This document shows positions 29,547 to 38,803 of a DNA stretch of 64,000 nt, one piece after another. The stretch is from IMG/VR virus record IMGVR_UViG_3300032046_000015, positions 1-64,000 of that record; one strand, written 5' to 3'. Every line of letters starts with the position of its first letter. Position 1 is the first letter of the stretch. Position numbers and translations under genes: made by a program. This stretch comes from a virus. The notes below the pieces were generated by a model that was not told the DNA's origin, searched no databases, and saw only the letters and a program-made list of their open reading frames with translations.

Positions 29547-29750
29547 TTATGGCCAGTGATTAGCTTCATCATCGTGGACAGAACACTCCACCACGATTAG
29601 CTTGCCATTGCCGTGCTTCATCTCTTTTATCGTTTGATTGATTGTTACCACCAGCGCACGCTTTGTCTCACACACAAAGCGCTTCATACATCGTTTACAA
29701 AGTGACGCTGCCTTCATGTGTATTCCTTTTTCATCCAATTCCCAGGCCAT
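29547..29750 (-). CDS. hypothetical protein (CxxC)
   Basis: GGAGG RBS; 67 aa. Confidence 0.55.
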   Translation of the reverse strand: MAWELDEKGIHMKAASLCKRCMKRFVCETKRALVVTINQTIKEMKHGNGKLIVVECSVHDDEANHWP

Positions 29751-29805
29751 GTAACGTCCTCCAGGACACCGAATGGCCGTGACACCTGCTGGCAGATTGC
29801 GTGGC

Positions 29806-30408
29806 TCATGAGTCCAAGACCTTCTGCCGCTGTATTACCAATCCGGCATCCTCTGGCGTGACATCGATGATCTGTCCACCTGTTAGCTGTTCCAGTTGTT
29901 TCAATTCTGTCCTGACACGGATTGCTATGTCAATGTTGGTCATGCCTCTTATGTCAATACCAGCAATGATCCTGCTGGACTTATCCTTGCGAAGCACGCC
30001 CAACTCCTCTCCTCTTTTAATTATCTTGTCAATGATGTCGCTCTTGGCTCGCACAGCCCCTACAATAGCATTGGACTGATTGTTTGTCTTGTATGTCCGT
30101 ATGATTTCTTCAAGGACACTCACGCACCCACGTTGCGCCACACAGTAATCAATGAACAACTCAATGTTGCTCTTGTCTGTTGTTTCCTTTGCCTCATACT
30201 CATACATCCATCTCTTGACTTCAGTCAACGCCTTGAGATCACGCAGGTTCATCTGTTCCATGATCTCTATTTCTTTGAGACCTTGCGCCAGGAATGCGAT
30301 GAATGTCGCCACCAGTATCCTTTTTTCATGCTCTGACTTCTTGCCAAAGAATACTGGCACATTGGGATTGGTTGCCTTCTGCCGATTCACTGCTGAACTC
30401 ACTGCCAT
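29806..30408 (-). CDS. putative terminase small subunit
   Basis: 200-aa helical protein with an HTH-like N-terminus and C-terminal IIDVTP; upstream of TerL. Confidence 0.5.
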   Translation of the reverse strand: MAVSSAVNRQKATNPNVPVFFGKKSEHEKRILVATFIAFLAQGLKEIEIMEQMNLRDLKALTEVKRWMYEYEAKETTDKSNIELFIDYCVAQRGCVSVLEEIIRTYKTNNQSNAIVGAVRAKSDIIDKIIKRGEELGVLRKDKSSRIIAGIDIRGMTNIDIAIRVRTELKQLEQLTGGQIIDVTPEDAGLVIQRQKVLDS

Positions 30409-30409
30409 C

Positions 30410-30724
30410 TCAAACTCCCATGAAACATATGGCCAGGAATGATATCACACAGGATGCTGACCATTTGTGGATTGGCATGTTTGGCAATTGAACCTTTAAC
30501 ACGTTATCAATGAAGTCATACACGCATTCCTCTATGGCAGTGCCAATTGCGCTGAGCTGTGCTGAGGGTTGGATGATCATTGGGCATTGGACTGACACAA
30601 CAATTAAATCATTCATAAAAAATGAAATGAAAAGTAATCCGTCAAATGGTCTTTGTGTACTCTGGAACAATGAACTGTCCTTGTGTATCTGTTGTGCGAT
30701 CTGTGCTTGTGTGCTTGGTGTCAT
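30410..30724 (-). CDS. hypothetical protein
   Basis: ATGA overlap at 30721-30724; stop lies 1 nt before the next start. Confidence 0.4.
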   Translation of the reverse strand: MTPSTQAQIAQQIHKDSSLFQSTQRPFDGLLFISFFMNDLIVVSVQCPMIIQPSAQLSAIGTAIEECVYDFIDNVLKVQLPNMPIHKWSASCVISFLAICFMGV

Positions 30725-32097
30725 TGCATTGCCCTGTGTAACGATTGGGGTTTGGGTGTGGGTGCAAATTGCAGTGTTGCATCTGCATTGTGCTGGCCAA
30801 GCGTGCATGGCACGCACTGTGTAGAAAACACATGCCAGTGGGGTGTTGTGTCGGGTACACATGCGCTGAGGTGTCGTGGCGCCATGGCGCAGGATTTTTT
30901 ATTGCGCACACAACCACCAAGCACACAAGACACACTGGCGTCACTGCGCTCATCCGGTTCATCGATGGCGTCAATGGTTCCAGATGCTAGCAGACCTTGC
31001 ATATGGTCTGTAGCACTTGCATCTCTGAAAGCCTTCTGTCCCCATATGTTAAAAGGTATTGACATGTGTAAGCAGAACGTCCTTGGCCTGTCCATCCCTG
31101 TACTGGTCTGTACGCTATCCCCAGGTGTTAACTCCTCTGAACAGGTGGCATGGGTTCTGGTGCCAGGTGTTAACTCCTCTATGGATGTGTATGTAGAACG
31201 TCCTTGGTCTGTAGCCTTGTCCCCTGAAATAATTTTTTTCATCATGGTGTTTTTATTTATTGGCTCAGGCTGACATGTGTAAGCAGAACGTCCTTGGCCT
31301 TGCCGCCCAGGTGTTAACTCCTCTGTACAGATGAGCATTGGATCATTGGCCTTCACCCGATGATTGACACCCTCATTCCTGTAGCCATCTGGCGCACCTG
31401 AAAGCCTTATGGAATTGTCCATGTTCAAAATGTGGCCGTTTGATTTTGAATGGAATGTGTAAGCAACACACGCAGTACACGCAATTGTGTGTACTACATT
31501 TTTCTTATCGTGGTGCTTCTGTGCGTCATCTCCTCCATGCTTCATGTTGCGTGGGCGTGTGTATGTTACAGGATGGGGTTGTGGCTTTGGAATTACACAT
31601 TGAGTGCATGTTGAGAATGCAGTGCTTGTTGGTATTACACACTGTGCTTCTGTGCATAATGCGCACATAATGCGCTGTGTGTAATTTGTGTTGACCACCT
31701 GGTGGACACATAGACACATGGCACATATGTGTGGTGCTAGACAACTCAAGCACTTTGACTCAAGCACAGCAAGCACAGCAAGCACAGCAATCACACAATC
31801 AGCGCCAGCGTGCTTCTCTACCATGACAGGGACAAATTCAACTTCATTGTGTTCGGATACATCGCAACCAACAGACATCAGAACAAAGGCAGAGGATTGA
31901 GCAAGGACAAAAGAATTGCACAAGTCATCAACCAAACAACAGTGCGACCGCTCACTGTGTATATGTTTGGCGATGTTGTTAGCTTGGGATATGGGCTTGG
32001 GCGATTGGTAGGAACAGAAGATGTGGTTGTTCTCTCCTGTATGATTGGGATAGGATAAGAATGAGGATTGATCTTTGTTTCTGTTTACTGAGCTCAT
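30721..32097 (-). CDS. questionable 458-aa Cys/His-rich ORF spanning direct repeats
   Basis: Long open frame with atypical composition and no recognisable domain. Confidence 0.25.
   Translation of the reverse strand: MSSVNRNKDQSSFLSYPNHTGENNHIFCSYQSPKPISQANNIAKHIHSERSHCCLVDDLCNSFVLAQSSAFVLMSVGCDVSEHNEVEFVPVMVEKHAGADCVIAVLAVLAVLESKCLSCLAPHICAMCLCVHQVVNTNYTQRIMCALCTEAQCVIPTSTAFSTCTQCVIPKPQPHPVTYTRPRNMKHGGDDAQKHHDKKNVVHTIACTACVAYTFHSKSNGHILNMDNSIRLSGAPDGYRNEGVNHRVKANDPMLICTEELTPGRQGQGRSAYTCQPEPINKNTMMKKIISGDKATDQGRSTYTSIEELTPGTRTHATCSEELTPGDSVQTSTGMDRPRTFCLHMSIPFNIWGQKAFRDASATDHMQGLLASGTIDAIDEPDERSDASVSCVLGGCVRNKKSCAMAPRHLSACVPDTTPHWHVFSTQCVPCTLGQHNADATLQFAPTPKPQSLHRAMQ
31060..31324. repeat. 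interleaved direct repeats
   Basis: TGACATGTGTAAGCAGAACGTCCTTGGCCT at 31060 and 31271 (degenerate copy near 31185); CCAGGTGTTAACTCCTCT at 31121, 31163 and 31307. Confidence 0.9.
31761..31796. repeat. 9-bp tandem repeat (CAAGCACAG)x3 plus one degenerate copy
   Basis: Seen directly in the sequence. Confidence 0.85.
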
Positions 32098-32445
32098 TAC
32101 CTTTACACTGTTGTTAATCCTTTGTGTGCTGCCTTCTCAAAGATGCAATTGGTGCTTTGGTATGTCTATGAAGATACTATACAGGAATCAATTGCGCTAT
32201 ACTTTATTTGGCTATTATGGTGGCTGGTTGAATGTGATTGTGTTGTGTTAGGAATTGTTCTGTTGTTGGTTGTGCTTACTGTAGGCAAAAATCTTTTGAT
32301 GGGTACTACAATTGATGGATGTGTACGATTATGTCAAGATGTAAGTGCGTGTGTAGGCAGACAAGCAACGTGCGGCTTGATCTGAAGTTGAAAGGATGGC
32401 AAGACTTCAAATTGGCCGCACGTGCTTCACGAGTATAGAATGACA

Positions 32446-32565
32446 ACAAGGAGCAGGGAACATCGGTGTAACAGACTCAACACTAATGGAACCATGGCTG
32501 AAAATGTTCTTGGCTGTCTGTGACCTTGTGGAATCTGTTTCATGTCAGCTCAACCTGCTCCTTGT
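32446..32565 (+). ncRNA. candidate structured small RNA
   Basis: 12-bp terminal inverted repeat ACAAGGAGCAGG/CCTGCTCCTTGT; TAGAAT -10-like box just upstream; intergenic. Confidence 0.35.
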
Positions 32566-32608
32566 CTTATTATATGTGTTGTTCTCTCTTTGGGTGGCCT
32601 TCCACGGT

Positions 32609-32845
32609 TCAGATGGCTTGCTCTTGATATGATTTTGTTTTCTTATCAAAGAACATCTTGGACACTATGATCCCTTTGTCTTCAAGATAGATTGTGGCGC
32701 CTGTCCTCATAGCTTCCACTGCCTGTTCCAACTCAACACCGTCTCCAACTAGACATCTGCCGTATTCATCACGATCAAGCAATATTCCTTTTGAGTGTAG
32801 GATCAATTTGTTTCTATTGACTACTATCCTTGCTTTGTTACCCAT
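32609..32845 (-). CDS. hypothetical protein
   Basis: GGAG RBS; 78 aa. Confidence 0.55.
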   Translation of the reverse strand: MGNKARIVVNRNKLILHSKGILLDRDEYGRCLVGDGVELEQAVEAMRTGATIYLEDKGIIVSKMFFDKKTKSYQEQAI

Positions 32846-32872
32846 GTGTTATCTCCAAGTGCAAATGAACTT

Positions 32873-32913
32873 GAAAAATATAGCGTTGATCAATTGGTGT
32901 TGATCAACGCTAT
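32873..32913 (-). terminator. Rho-independent terminator
   Basis: 14-bp perfect stem ATAGCGTTGATCAA/TTGATCAACGCTAT followed by a T-run on the minus strand. Confidence 0.65.
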
Positions 32914-32936
32914 CAATCAATATGTTGCCGATTGAT

Positions 32937-33209
32937 TCAGTTCAAGTCTGCCAGGAAGCTGGCGACTGCCAGTGTCTTACCCAGCTGTTCAATCGTTGGT
33001 TTAATGTCTGGTGGAGTGGATGGCTGGCACGCTGCTAACTGGCCGATGTCTTCAATGACTGCGCCAAACTCCTGTTGGCACTTATCATGAAACTCCAGTT
33101 TGCGTCTGATCGCTTTTGCCTCAGCATGAAAGCCTTCTGCGTCTGCCTTTGCTGCCAGCTTTTCCAAATCCTCTTTGAGCTTGATCAATAAATCCCATCC
33201 GTTGCCCAT
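32937..33209 (-). CDS. hypothetical protein
   Basis: GAGGTG RBS; helical 90 aa. Confidence 0.65.
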   Translation of the reverse strand: MGNGWDLLIKLKEDLEKLAAKADAEGFHAEAKAIRRKLEFHDKCQQEFGAVIEDIGQLAACQPSTPPDIKPTIEQLGKTLAVASFLADLN

Positions 33210-33279
33210 TCTTCTTCACCTCACTTTCATTGTGTATTTGTTTGTACAGTTGAACATGCTGTACTAACATTGTGTGTTA

Positions 33280-33973
33280 TCAATACCTTTTGAACTTGAG
33301 ACTTGGATTGAAGTGTTCGTGTACACATCCTTGATCGCAACAACCTTCTGTACACAGTGGAACATCCTCATCCTTGCCTTTAATCCCAAGCATTTCTTTG
33401 GCTATGGCCTTGATCTCATCGATGGTAAAGATGGTGAAGTGTTGCATCCCTGCTTCCTGTATTGCCATGTCGCCACCCTCTCCACGGTCAACTACAGATA
33501 GAACAGCGACAGGCTTGTTGCCTTCTGCGTGCTTCTTCAGTGCGTCTGCTGCTCGCAGGACAGATGAAGCTGTAGTTATCACATCTTCTACCAACACCAC
33601 ATTATCCTTGGGATAGACTGTACCTTCAATCAACTTGCCTGTGCCATGTTCCTTCTGTTGTTTCCGCACAATGAACCCACGCAAAGGATAACTGTAATGC
33701 CCAGCCAATTGTAGCAGAGCACCGATGATTGGATCAGCACCCAGTGTCAATCCGCCCACAGCTTCAACATGAAGTTGTCCTATCAACGGCATCATCATGA
33801 GTGCTATACAATGTGCCCCTTCTGATCGCAACGTGACCAAGCGCAAGTCAATGTAGTAATCGGATTCACGACCTGACGACAGAGTGAAACTTGCCTTCTC
33901 TGTAGGAATGGGCAACAATCAACTTGCCCAATTGCTGCTTGGCAAAGTTGTTATGGTTGATTTTGTTTGCCAT
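33280..33973 (-). CDS. pyrE: orotate phosphoribosyltransferase, interrupted by a +1 frameshift near 33888
   Basis: FTLSSGRESDYYID, RKQQKEHGTGKLIEG and VEDVITT PRPP motifs; the native-looking N-terminus (..AHSYREGK) lies in another frame starting at 33973. Confidence 0.85.
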
Positions 33974-33974
33974 G

Positions 33975-34184
33975 TTATTCCTTCTTATCTTCAAAAGCCA
34001 TATCAACTTCAAGCAACGATTGTATGGCAGTTAAGCACAATGCTGATGCCTCTTTTGTGGAATGTATTGCCCTCAAGAATAATTTAGCACACCATTCACG
34101 TATATCTTCTTGAGTAAAGTTGCCTATAGAGTGTGTAGCGTTTTTGGCTTCACCTGCTGCTATCTTTTCTACTTCATCCATCAC
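33975..34184 (-). CDS. hypothetical protein
   Basis: Operon-coupled ORF. Confidence 0.55.
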   Translation of the reverse strand: MMDEVEKIAAGEAKNATHSIGNFTQEDIREWCAKLFLRAIHSTKEASALCLTAIQSLLEVDMAFEDKKE

Positions 34185-34193
34185 CCTCTCCTC

Positions 34194-34544
34194 TTATGCG
34201 AGTGGATCTGCCATCCCACGGCTCATGTTTTCACGCTCCACAATCAACGTGTGTAATATCAACAGATAGTTGACTGCGTCAGCTATGCGTGATTTGATTG
34301 GTTCAGACTTGACTGCTCTGTCGTTGAGCCATGTTTCTATGGCATCCATGTGCTTGCCAAAATAGATAGCCCAGACATCAATCTCATCAATGCCTCTCTT
34401 GTGTAATCGCTTGGCACCTGTTTTGAAGTTGGAGTTGGCATCATTGCTTCCCTGTGTATAGTCATGCCCCTTTGTATCCAGCAACGGCAAACACTCCTCT
34501 TCAAAAAATTTCTTGATCAACTCAATCCTTTTATTTGGTTCCAT
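34194..34544 (-). CDS. all-alpha NTP pyrophosphatase-like / nucleotide-modification-associated domain 1 (DUF1599-like)
   Basis: KGHDY..NF..KH..RIADAVNY motif pattern. Confidence 0.65.
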   Translation of the reverse strand: MEPNKRIELIKKFFEEECLPLLDTKGHDYTQGSNDANSNFKTGAKRLHKRGIDEIDVWAIYFGKHMDAIETWLNDRAVKSEPIKSRIADAVNYLLILHTLIVERENMSRGMADPLA

Positions 34545-35410
34545 CGTTGGGCCACTCCTCTCAATTGCTCTTTGCCTTTGTTTTCCAAGTCACGCACCTT
34601 TGTCCATATCTTTGTGTTGATCTGCGCTGTTATCTCTCTCTCAACTAGATCAACCAAGACATGTGGATCAAGTGCGTCCAACTCCCATGACTCTGTTCCA
34701 AACTGTTTAACGTATGTTTCAAACCTTGAATCGCTTGTTTTGGCAGGATTGGGTGGTGGACTGTATTGTAGTATCTGATCCCATGATAGTGCCAGCCTTC
34801 TGACTTCCACGTCAGCCCCAAACAAAGCAAATCTATCAGTGATGTCTCTGGTCATGTCCAAACCGGATGGATCATGGTCACCCAAGTAAAGCAATATCCC
34901 ATATTTGCCTTCAAGTGTAGTTGCCATGAATCGTTGTGCTGCCTGCCACATCTCTGATTGCGATACATAACCACGACAAGAAAAGTATGGGACATCGTAT
35001 TGGTTGCAAATTCCTTCTATCACTCCAATCAAGGCATCCTTCTCAATCCACACTTCCATGTGTACCATCTGTGTCTTCCACTTGTCCATTCTGAACTGTT
35101 CAGCGCACACATTAACTATGTCTTGTGGACTATCCCAATGAGATAGACTGCGGACAAATCTGCTTCTATCCTCAATGGCCAACCAGTCAATCTCTCCAGC
35201 TAGTCTGGCATCATTGATCACTCCACCCAGTCTGTTGTAATATATCTGTCTGTTTGGTATTAGACCACGTGCTACAAATTGATAATACAATTGTCTCAAA
35301 GTCAGAGTGAAGCCAGACTTGCTGTACTCATCGATGATATCATTGGCTGTTCTGATTATCGCAAGATTGTCTTTTGAGAAATTTCTTTCAATGTATTTTA
35401 GTCTGGGCAC
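34517..35410 (-). CDS. Topo VI-A/Spo11-like Toprim-domain protein
   Basis: TLRQLYYQ winged helix, EVWIEKDAL, YLGDHDPSG and WELDAL motifs. Confidence 0.8.
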   Translation of the reverse strand: MPRLKYIERNFSKDNLAIIRTANDIIDEYSKSGFTLTLRQLYYQFVARGLIPNRQIYYNRLGGVINDARLAGEIDWLAIEDRSRFVRSLSHWDSPQDIVNVCAEQFRMDKWKTQMVHMEVWIEKDALIGVIEGICNQYDVPYFSCRGYVSQSEMWQAAQRFMATTLEGKYGILLYLGDHDPSGLDMTRDITDRFALFGADVEVRRLALSWDQILQYSPPPNPAKTSDSRFETYVKQFGTESWELDALDPHVLVDLVEREITAQINTKIWTKVRDLENKGKEQLRGVAQRWNQIKGLS

Positions 35411-35816
35411 CCTCTCTCCTCTCTTTCAGAAGCAATTGAAGTGCTTCGCAATTCTGTCTCAAGGCAGCATTCTCTTGTATGATATCAGCACTTGAGCACG
35501 CTGTCTCCAAGTCATGGATGTAGCTTCTGACTGGCTGTGGTAGGTTGTTGATGTTCTCTGCTGTTGGCCGCCACCACGTCCAATCACCCATACTATTCTT
35601 GCCCCAATACACCCAACCATATATGGCTGTAAGTATAAAGTAACAAAACAATGCCCCTTGCCAATAGTGTGTATAGTATATGTCAAAGATGATCCACAAG
35701 ATGTTAGCCAACAAGTATAACACAAAGCCTTGTCGCTTTTGGATTGATACCAAGTATGCTCCCACCACTGCCAATAGCGTTGCTGATAGCTCAATCATCC
35801 ACATATCAATCACCAT
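35388..35816 (-). CDS. PnuC-like small membrane protein
   Basis: Three TM helices ending AIYGWVYW, plus a soluble C-terminal tail. Confidence 0.55.
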   Translation of the reverse strand: MVIDMWMIELSATLLAVVGAYLVSIQKRQGFVLYLLANILWIIFDIYYTHYWQGALFCYFILTAIYGWVYWGKNSMGDWTWWRPTAENINNLPQPVRSYIHDLETACSSADIIQENAALRQNCEALQLLLKERREGAQTKIH

Positions 35817-36168
35817 CGTCTGCTATGTGACAGTGGAATTTGTCCCGATAATCCAACTCAGCTTCTGCTGCCTCAATCAACTCCTCATCTTTATCGCCAT
35901 CCAACTCCTCCACCATCCAACGCAGATAGCCAGATGGAATCTCTTCAATGGTTTTGTTCTTGTGTTTGCCGAATGGCATCACCAATTCTGGATTGGCCAT
36001 ATTGCCCACCTTTCCAACAGCATAACTGGTTAACACTTCACCATGTTCTATCCGTTGGGTGAACATGATGAACACATTCTTAGGTATTGCCGTTGTTGTG
36101 ATTAACTTGAACATATCTTTTTGGCCATTAAATCGCATCCAGGCCAAAATTCTAATCTGTGATACCAT
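35806..36168 (-). CDS. DUF3820-like (PFGKHK) protein
   Basis: MPFGKHKNKTIEEIPSGYLRWM motif. Confidence 0.7.
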   Translation of the reverse strand: MVSQIRILAWMRFNGQKDMFKLITTTAIPKNVFIMFTQRIEHGEVLTSYAVGKVGNMANPELVMPFGKHKNKTIEEIPSGYLRWMVEELDGDKDEELIEAAEAELDYRDKFHCHIADDGD

Positions 36169-36338
36169 GGCATTTGAAATTTACCACGCATATACTTTAT
36201 CAATTCCGTTGCGTAATCATTTACACCATACTCATATCCATCAAAAATAAAAACACGCATTCCAGCAGATTCTGCTTGCTTGAATACTGTTTCAAATTCA
36301 TCCAATCTATCTCTAGTGAATGTAACAACTTCATACAT
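36102..36338 (-). CDS. hypothetical protein
   Basis: MYEVVTF... starts immediately after the tRNA 3' end. Confidence 0.4.
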   Translation of the reverse strand: MYEVVTFTRDRLDEFETVFKQAESAGMRVFIFDGYEYGVNDYATELIKYMRGKFQMPWYHRLEFWPGCDLMAKKICSS

Positions 36339-36340
36339 AA

Positions 36341-36414
36341 TCAGGGTGAGTGGATTTGAACCACCGACCACTTGCGCCCAAGGCAAGTGCGCTACCAGGC
36401 TGCGCCACACCCTG
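36341..36414 (-). tRNA. tRNA-Pro(TGG), CCA not encoded
   Basis: Cloverleaf: acceptor CAGGGTG/CACCCTG, D-loop AGCCTGGTA, anticodon stem CTTGC/GCAAG with loop CT-TGG-GC, T-loop GGTTCAAATCC. Confidence 0.95.
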
Positions 36415-36420
36415 ACACAC

Positions 36421-36867
36421 TCATATGCCTGTTAGCAACTCCAACATCTTCTTGTCATCTATCCTCTTTGTGTGTAATTCTCTGGCTAGACAACCATTGC
36501 TCTTACAAGCATACTTACTGGACACAATCTCCAGCTTGACTCTGACTCCACCCGCTTTGTGTTGAGTGATTGACCATAAGCTGTATGGCATCATGTCAAT
36601 ACACCTGCTTTTGGCTTGCGGCCCACGATCAAAGATAATGACAACAGTGCTTTGGCCATACTTGGGATGTTTAGGATTATTGTTGGTCACTCTGACGATG
36701 GTACCAAATGGCAGAGTCTTGTGCGCTGCTGTTGGATCGTGGCAGTTGACTACTATCCCACTTGCTCCTACACGGCCATTCCAACCGCAACCATAATGTG
36801 TCGCTATCCCACTCATTTGGTGTTGGACAAGCTTTGACATGAATAACAACAGTAATATGGTTTCCAT
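36421..36867 (-). CDS. RlpA-like lytic transglycosylase (DPBB)
   Basis: GIATHYG, TAAHKTLPFGTIVRVTN and DRGP motifs. Confidence 0.85.
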   Translation of the reverse strand: METILLLLFMSKLVQHQMSGIATHYGCGWNGRVGASGIVVNCHDPTAAHKTLPFGTIVRVTNNNPKHPKYGQSTVVIIFDRGPQAKSRCIDMMPYSLWSITQHKAGGVRVKLEIVSSKYACKSNGCLARELHTKRIDDKKMLELLTGI

Positions 36868-37094
36868 CAATACACTCCTGTTCTGGTACAGTTGTGGAAA
36901 TGGTCTGTCTTCACCCACTTGCGTCCAAGATATAATTCAAACTTACACAGTGCCATATCCTTCTTGACTGATATGATCCTGCCATAACTCCATTTAATGT
37001 GGTGGATTCTATCACCTGGAAAATTATCGCAAGGAATGAATGCCCTCAACAGAGTGTGTAGCTGTCTGAATAATCTGCGTAACATCCTTTTCAT
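36867..37094 (-). CDS. hypothetical protein
   Basis: Operon-coupled ORF. Confidence 0.5.
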   Translation of the reverse strand: MKRMLRRLFRQLHTLLRAFIPCDNFPGDRIHHIKWSYGRIISVKKDMALCKFELYLGRKWVKTDHFHNCTRTGVY

Positions 37095-37456
37095 GCTTGT
37101 TCTGGCTCCACGCCTTCCATTGATATCATTTCCATAGGCTGCTTGTCTGCTATGGTTGTTACTCCATCTTGCTGTGTAATAGTCAATCGCTTCAACAGTT
37201 CATGGCCTGTGAACAAATAGATGGCTTCCATATCGGACATACCAAAATCCTTGATGGCGTTGATAACATCGATGGCGTTGGCTGTACTCTCCTCTGTATT
37301 GAAAATACTCATCAAACCATCGGATGCTATTGGGCAAAAATTATCCTCTTTTAATGATGTGGCCAAACGTTGAACCAAAATCATGAACTGGCTCTTTTCC
37401 ATCGCTTTAAGGAATACACTTTCACCTTTGACCTTTTCATCTTCCATATTAGCCAC
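37091..37456 (-). CDS. hypothetical protein
   Basis: Operon-coupled ORF. Confidence 0.55.
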   Translation of the reverse strand: MANMEDEKVKGESVFLKAMEKSQFMILVQRLATSLKEDNFCPIASDGLMSIFNTEESTANAIDVINAIKDFGMSDMEAIYLFTGHELLKRLTITQQDGVTTIADKQPMEMISMEGVEPEQA

Positions 37457-37940
37457 CCACCCTCTGGCGTTGTATTCCTGTGGTGGATAATCGGTCAGGT
37501 GGAATTACTTGCGGTGCTTCTGCTGGCATAGCTGTGGCAGATGGCCTTGTAGCAAGATGTACAGCTACCACAATATTGTGTAGCCTTAATTTGTCATGTA
37601 ATATGGATACAGGCAATGTGTCGTTGACGATGTGAAGCAATTTTCCATCTAGGATCAGCGCCACCTTCCCACGGTGATCCATTCCTATCTTATGGAATAA
37701 ATCACCTTCCAGCGTTGCCATAAGTTGCTTGGCTATCTTTGCCTTGATGCCAGCCTTTGTGGTTAAGGCCAAGGCAACTCTGGCTTGACCCAGATGTGAT
37801 AATCGGAGTTTGTCTGTATGAATATCGCAATCAATCAACAAGCCATCTGTGATTAGCTTGTACAACTGTGCTTCTGTTATTCCGCACTCACCGCAAAATG
37901 CTGTTTTGGTATATTTGCGTCCCATGTGTAACCTCAACAA
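37449..37940 (-). CDS. putative HTH DNA-binding protein
   Basis: N-terminal CGITEAQLYKLITDGLL resembles a MerR/Xis-type HTH. Confidence 0.4.
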   Translation of the reverse strand: MLRLHMGRKYTKTAFCGECGITEAQLYKLITDGLLIDCDIHTDKLRLSHLGQARVALALTTKAGIKAKIAKQLMATLEGDLFHKIGMDHRGKVALILDGKLLHIVNDTLPVSILHDKLRLHNIVVAVHLATRPSATAMPAEAPQVIPPDRLSTTGIQRQRVGG

Positions 37941-37970
37941 GAAGGCATGTGCCCTTGATCCATGGGCACC

Positions 37971-38267
37971 TTAATGAATCATGATCTTGGGAGTGATCTT
38001 TTCAACCATTCCCTCAATCTCAGTCGTCAAACAGGCAGATACTGCCATACCAAATGACAGATACACTATTTGTTCTGGCGACATCTTGCACTGCTCTGTC
38101 AATTCCTTACACAACAAAAGCAGTTTGTTGCGTCTGTGTGGATCTGCCACATCCTTTGCTACCTTATTAAGTAGTGGCTCACCCTGTGTATTAGCCACCA
38201 TATCAACAAGGCAACGTTCAACTTCACTCTTTGCTTCATTATCATCCATGATTCCATCTCCTCTCAT
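37971..38267 (-). CDS. hypothetical protein
   Basis: ORF with an RBS. Confidence 0.5.
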   Translation of the reverse strand: MRGDGIMDDNEAKSEVERCLVDMVANTQGEPLLNKVAKDVADPHRRNKLLLLCKELTEQCKMSPEQIVYLSFGMAVSACLTTEIEGMVEKITPKIMIH

Positions 38268-38299
38268 AGTGTTGTGATTTGCCTTATTATATGTGGCAT

Positions 38300-38803
38300 T
38301 TAACTCTTGGCCAATCCTTCCAAGTCAAAAGACATTTGATCAGTTGCCTTGATACGCCAGTCAATAACATCCTCAGGTTCAAATATCAAATCATTCACCC
38401 TTAATTCCTTGGGTGTTGACTTGGTGCTTGCTTGTATGACGCACCTGATTATACCTGTGTTAATTATGATGCGGACGCACCACTCACATATGTGTGTGTA
38501 TCCGTACATATAAAGTGTAGCACCCATAGCACGTTCACGTCCTGCATGTAGACAAGCATTTGTCTCAGCATGAACTGAACGACATTTGAGATAATCGCTG
38601 CCGTGTGGTATGTTGTTATCCTCTCTGAAGCATTTGCCTATCTTCAAGCAATCCAACCGTTTGCGTGGAGCACCGTTGTAGCCAGTTGAAATGATCTGAT
38701 CATCCTTGACTACAACAGCACCCACTTGCCCTCTCAAGCACTTGGCATTTGAGCCCACTTCCCTGGCAATGCGCAAATAGTATTTGTCCTTGTCTGAAAT
38801 CAT
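38300..38803 (-). CDS. dCMP deaminase
   Basis: CLRGQVGAVVV, STGYNGAP, HAETNA and CxxC zinc motifs. Confidence 0.92.
   Translation of the reverse strand: MISDKDKYYLRIAREVGSNAKCLRGQVGAVVVKDDQIISTGYNGAPRKRLDCLKIGKCFREDNNIPHGSDYLKCRSVHAETNACLHAGRERAMGATLYMYGYTHICEWCVRIIINTGIIRCVIQASTKSTPKELRVNDLIFEPEDVIDWRIKATDQMSFDLEGLAKS

Noticed and set aside
31060-31324. Possible CRISPR mini-array
   Set aside because: Two different repeats are interleaved with irregular spacing; there is no constant repeat-spacer period and no cas genes.
36339-36410. N-terminal extension MWRSLVAHLPWAQVVGGSNP of ORF 36102-36410
   Set aside because: It is the tRNA-Pro sequence.
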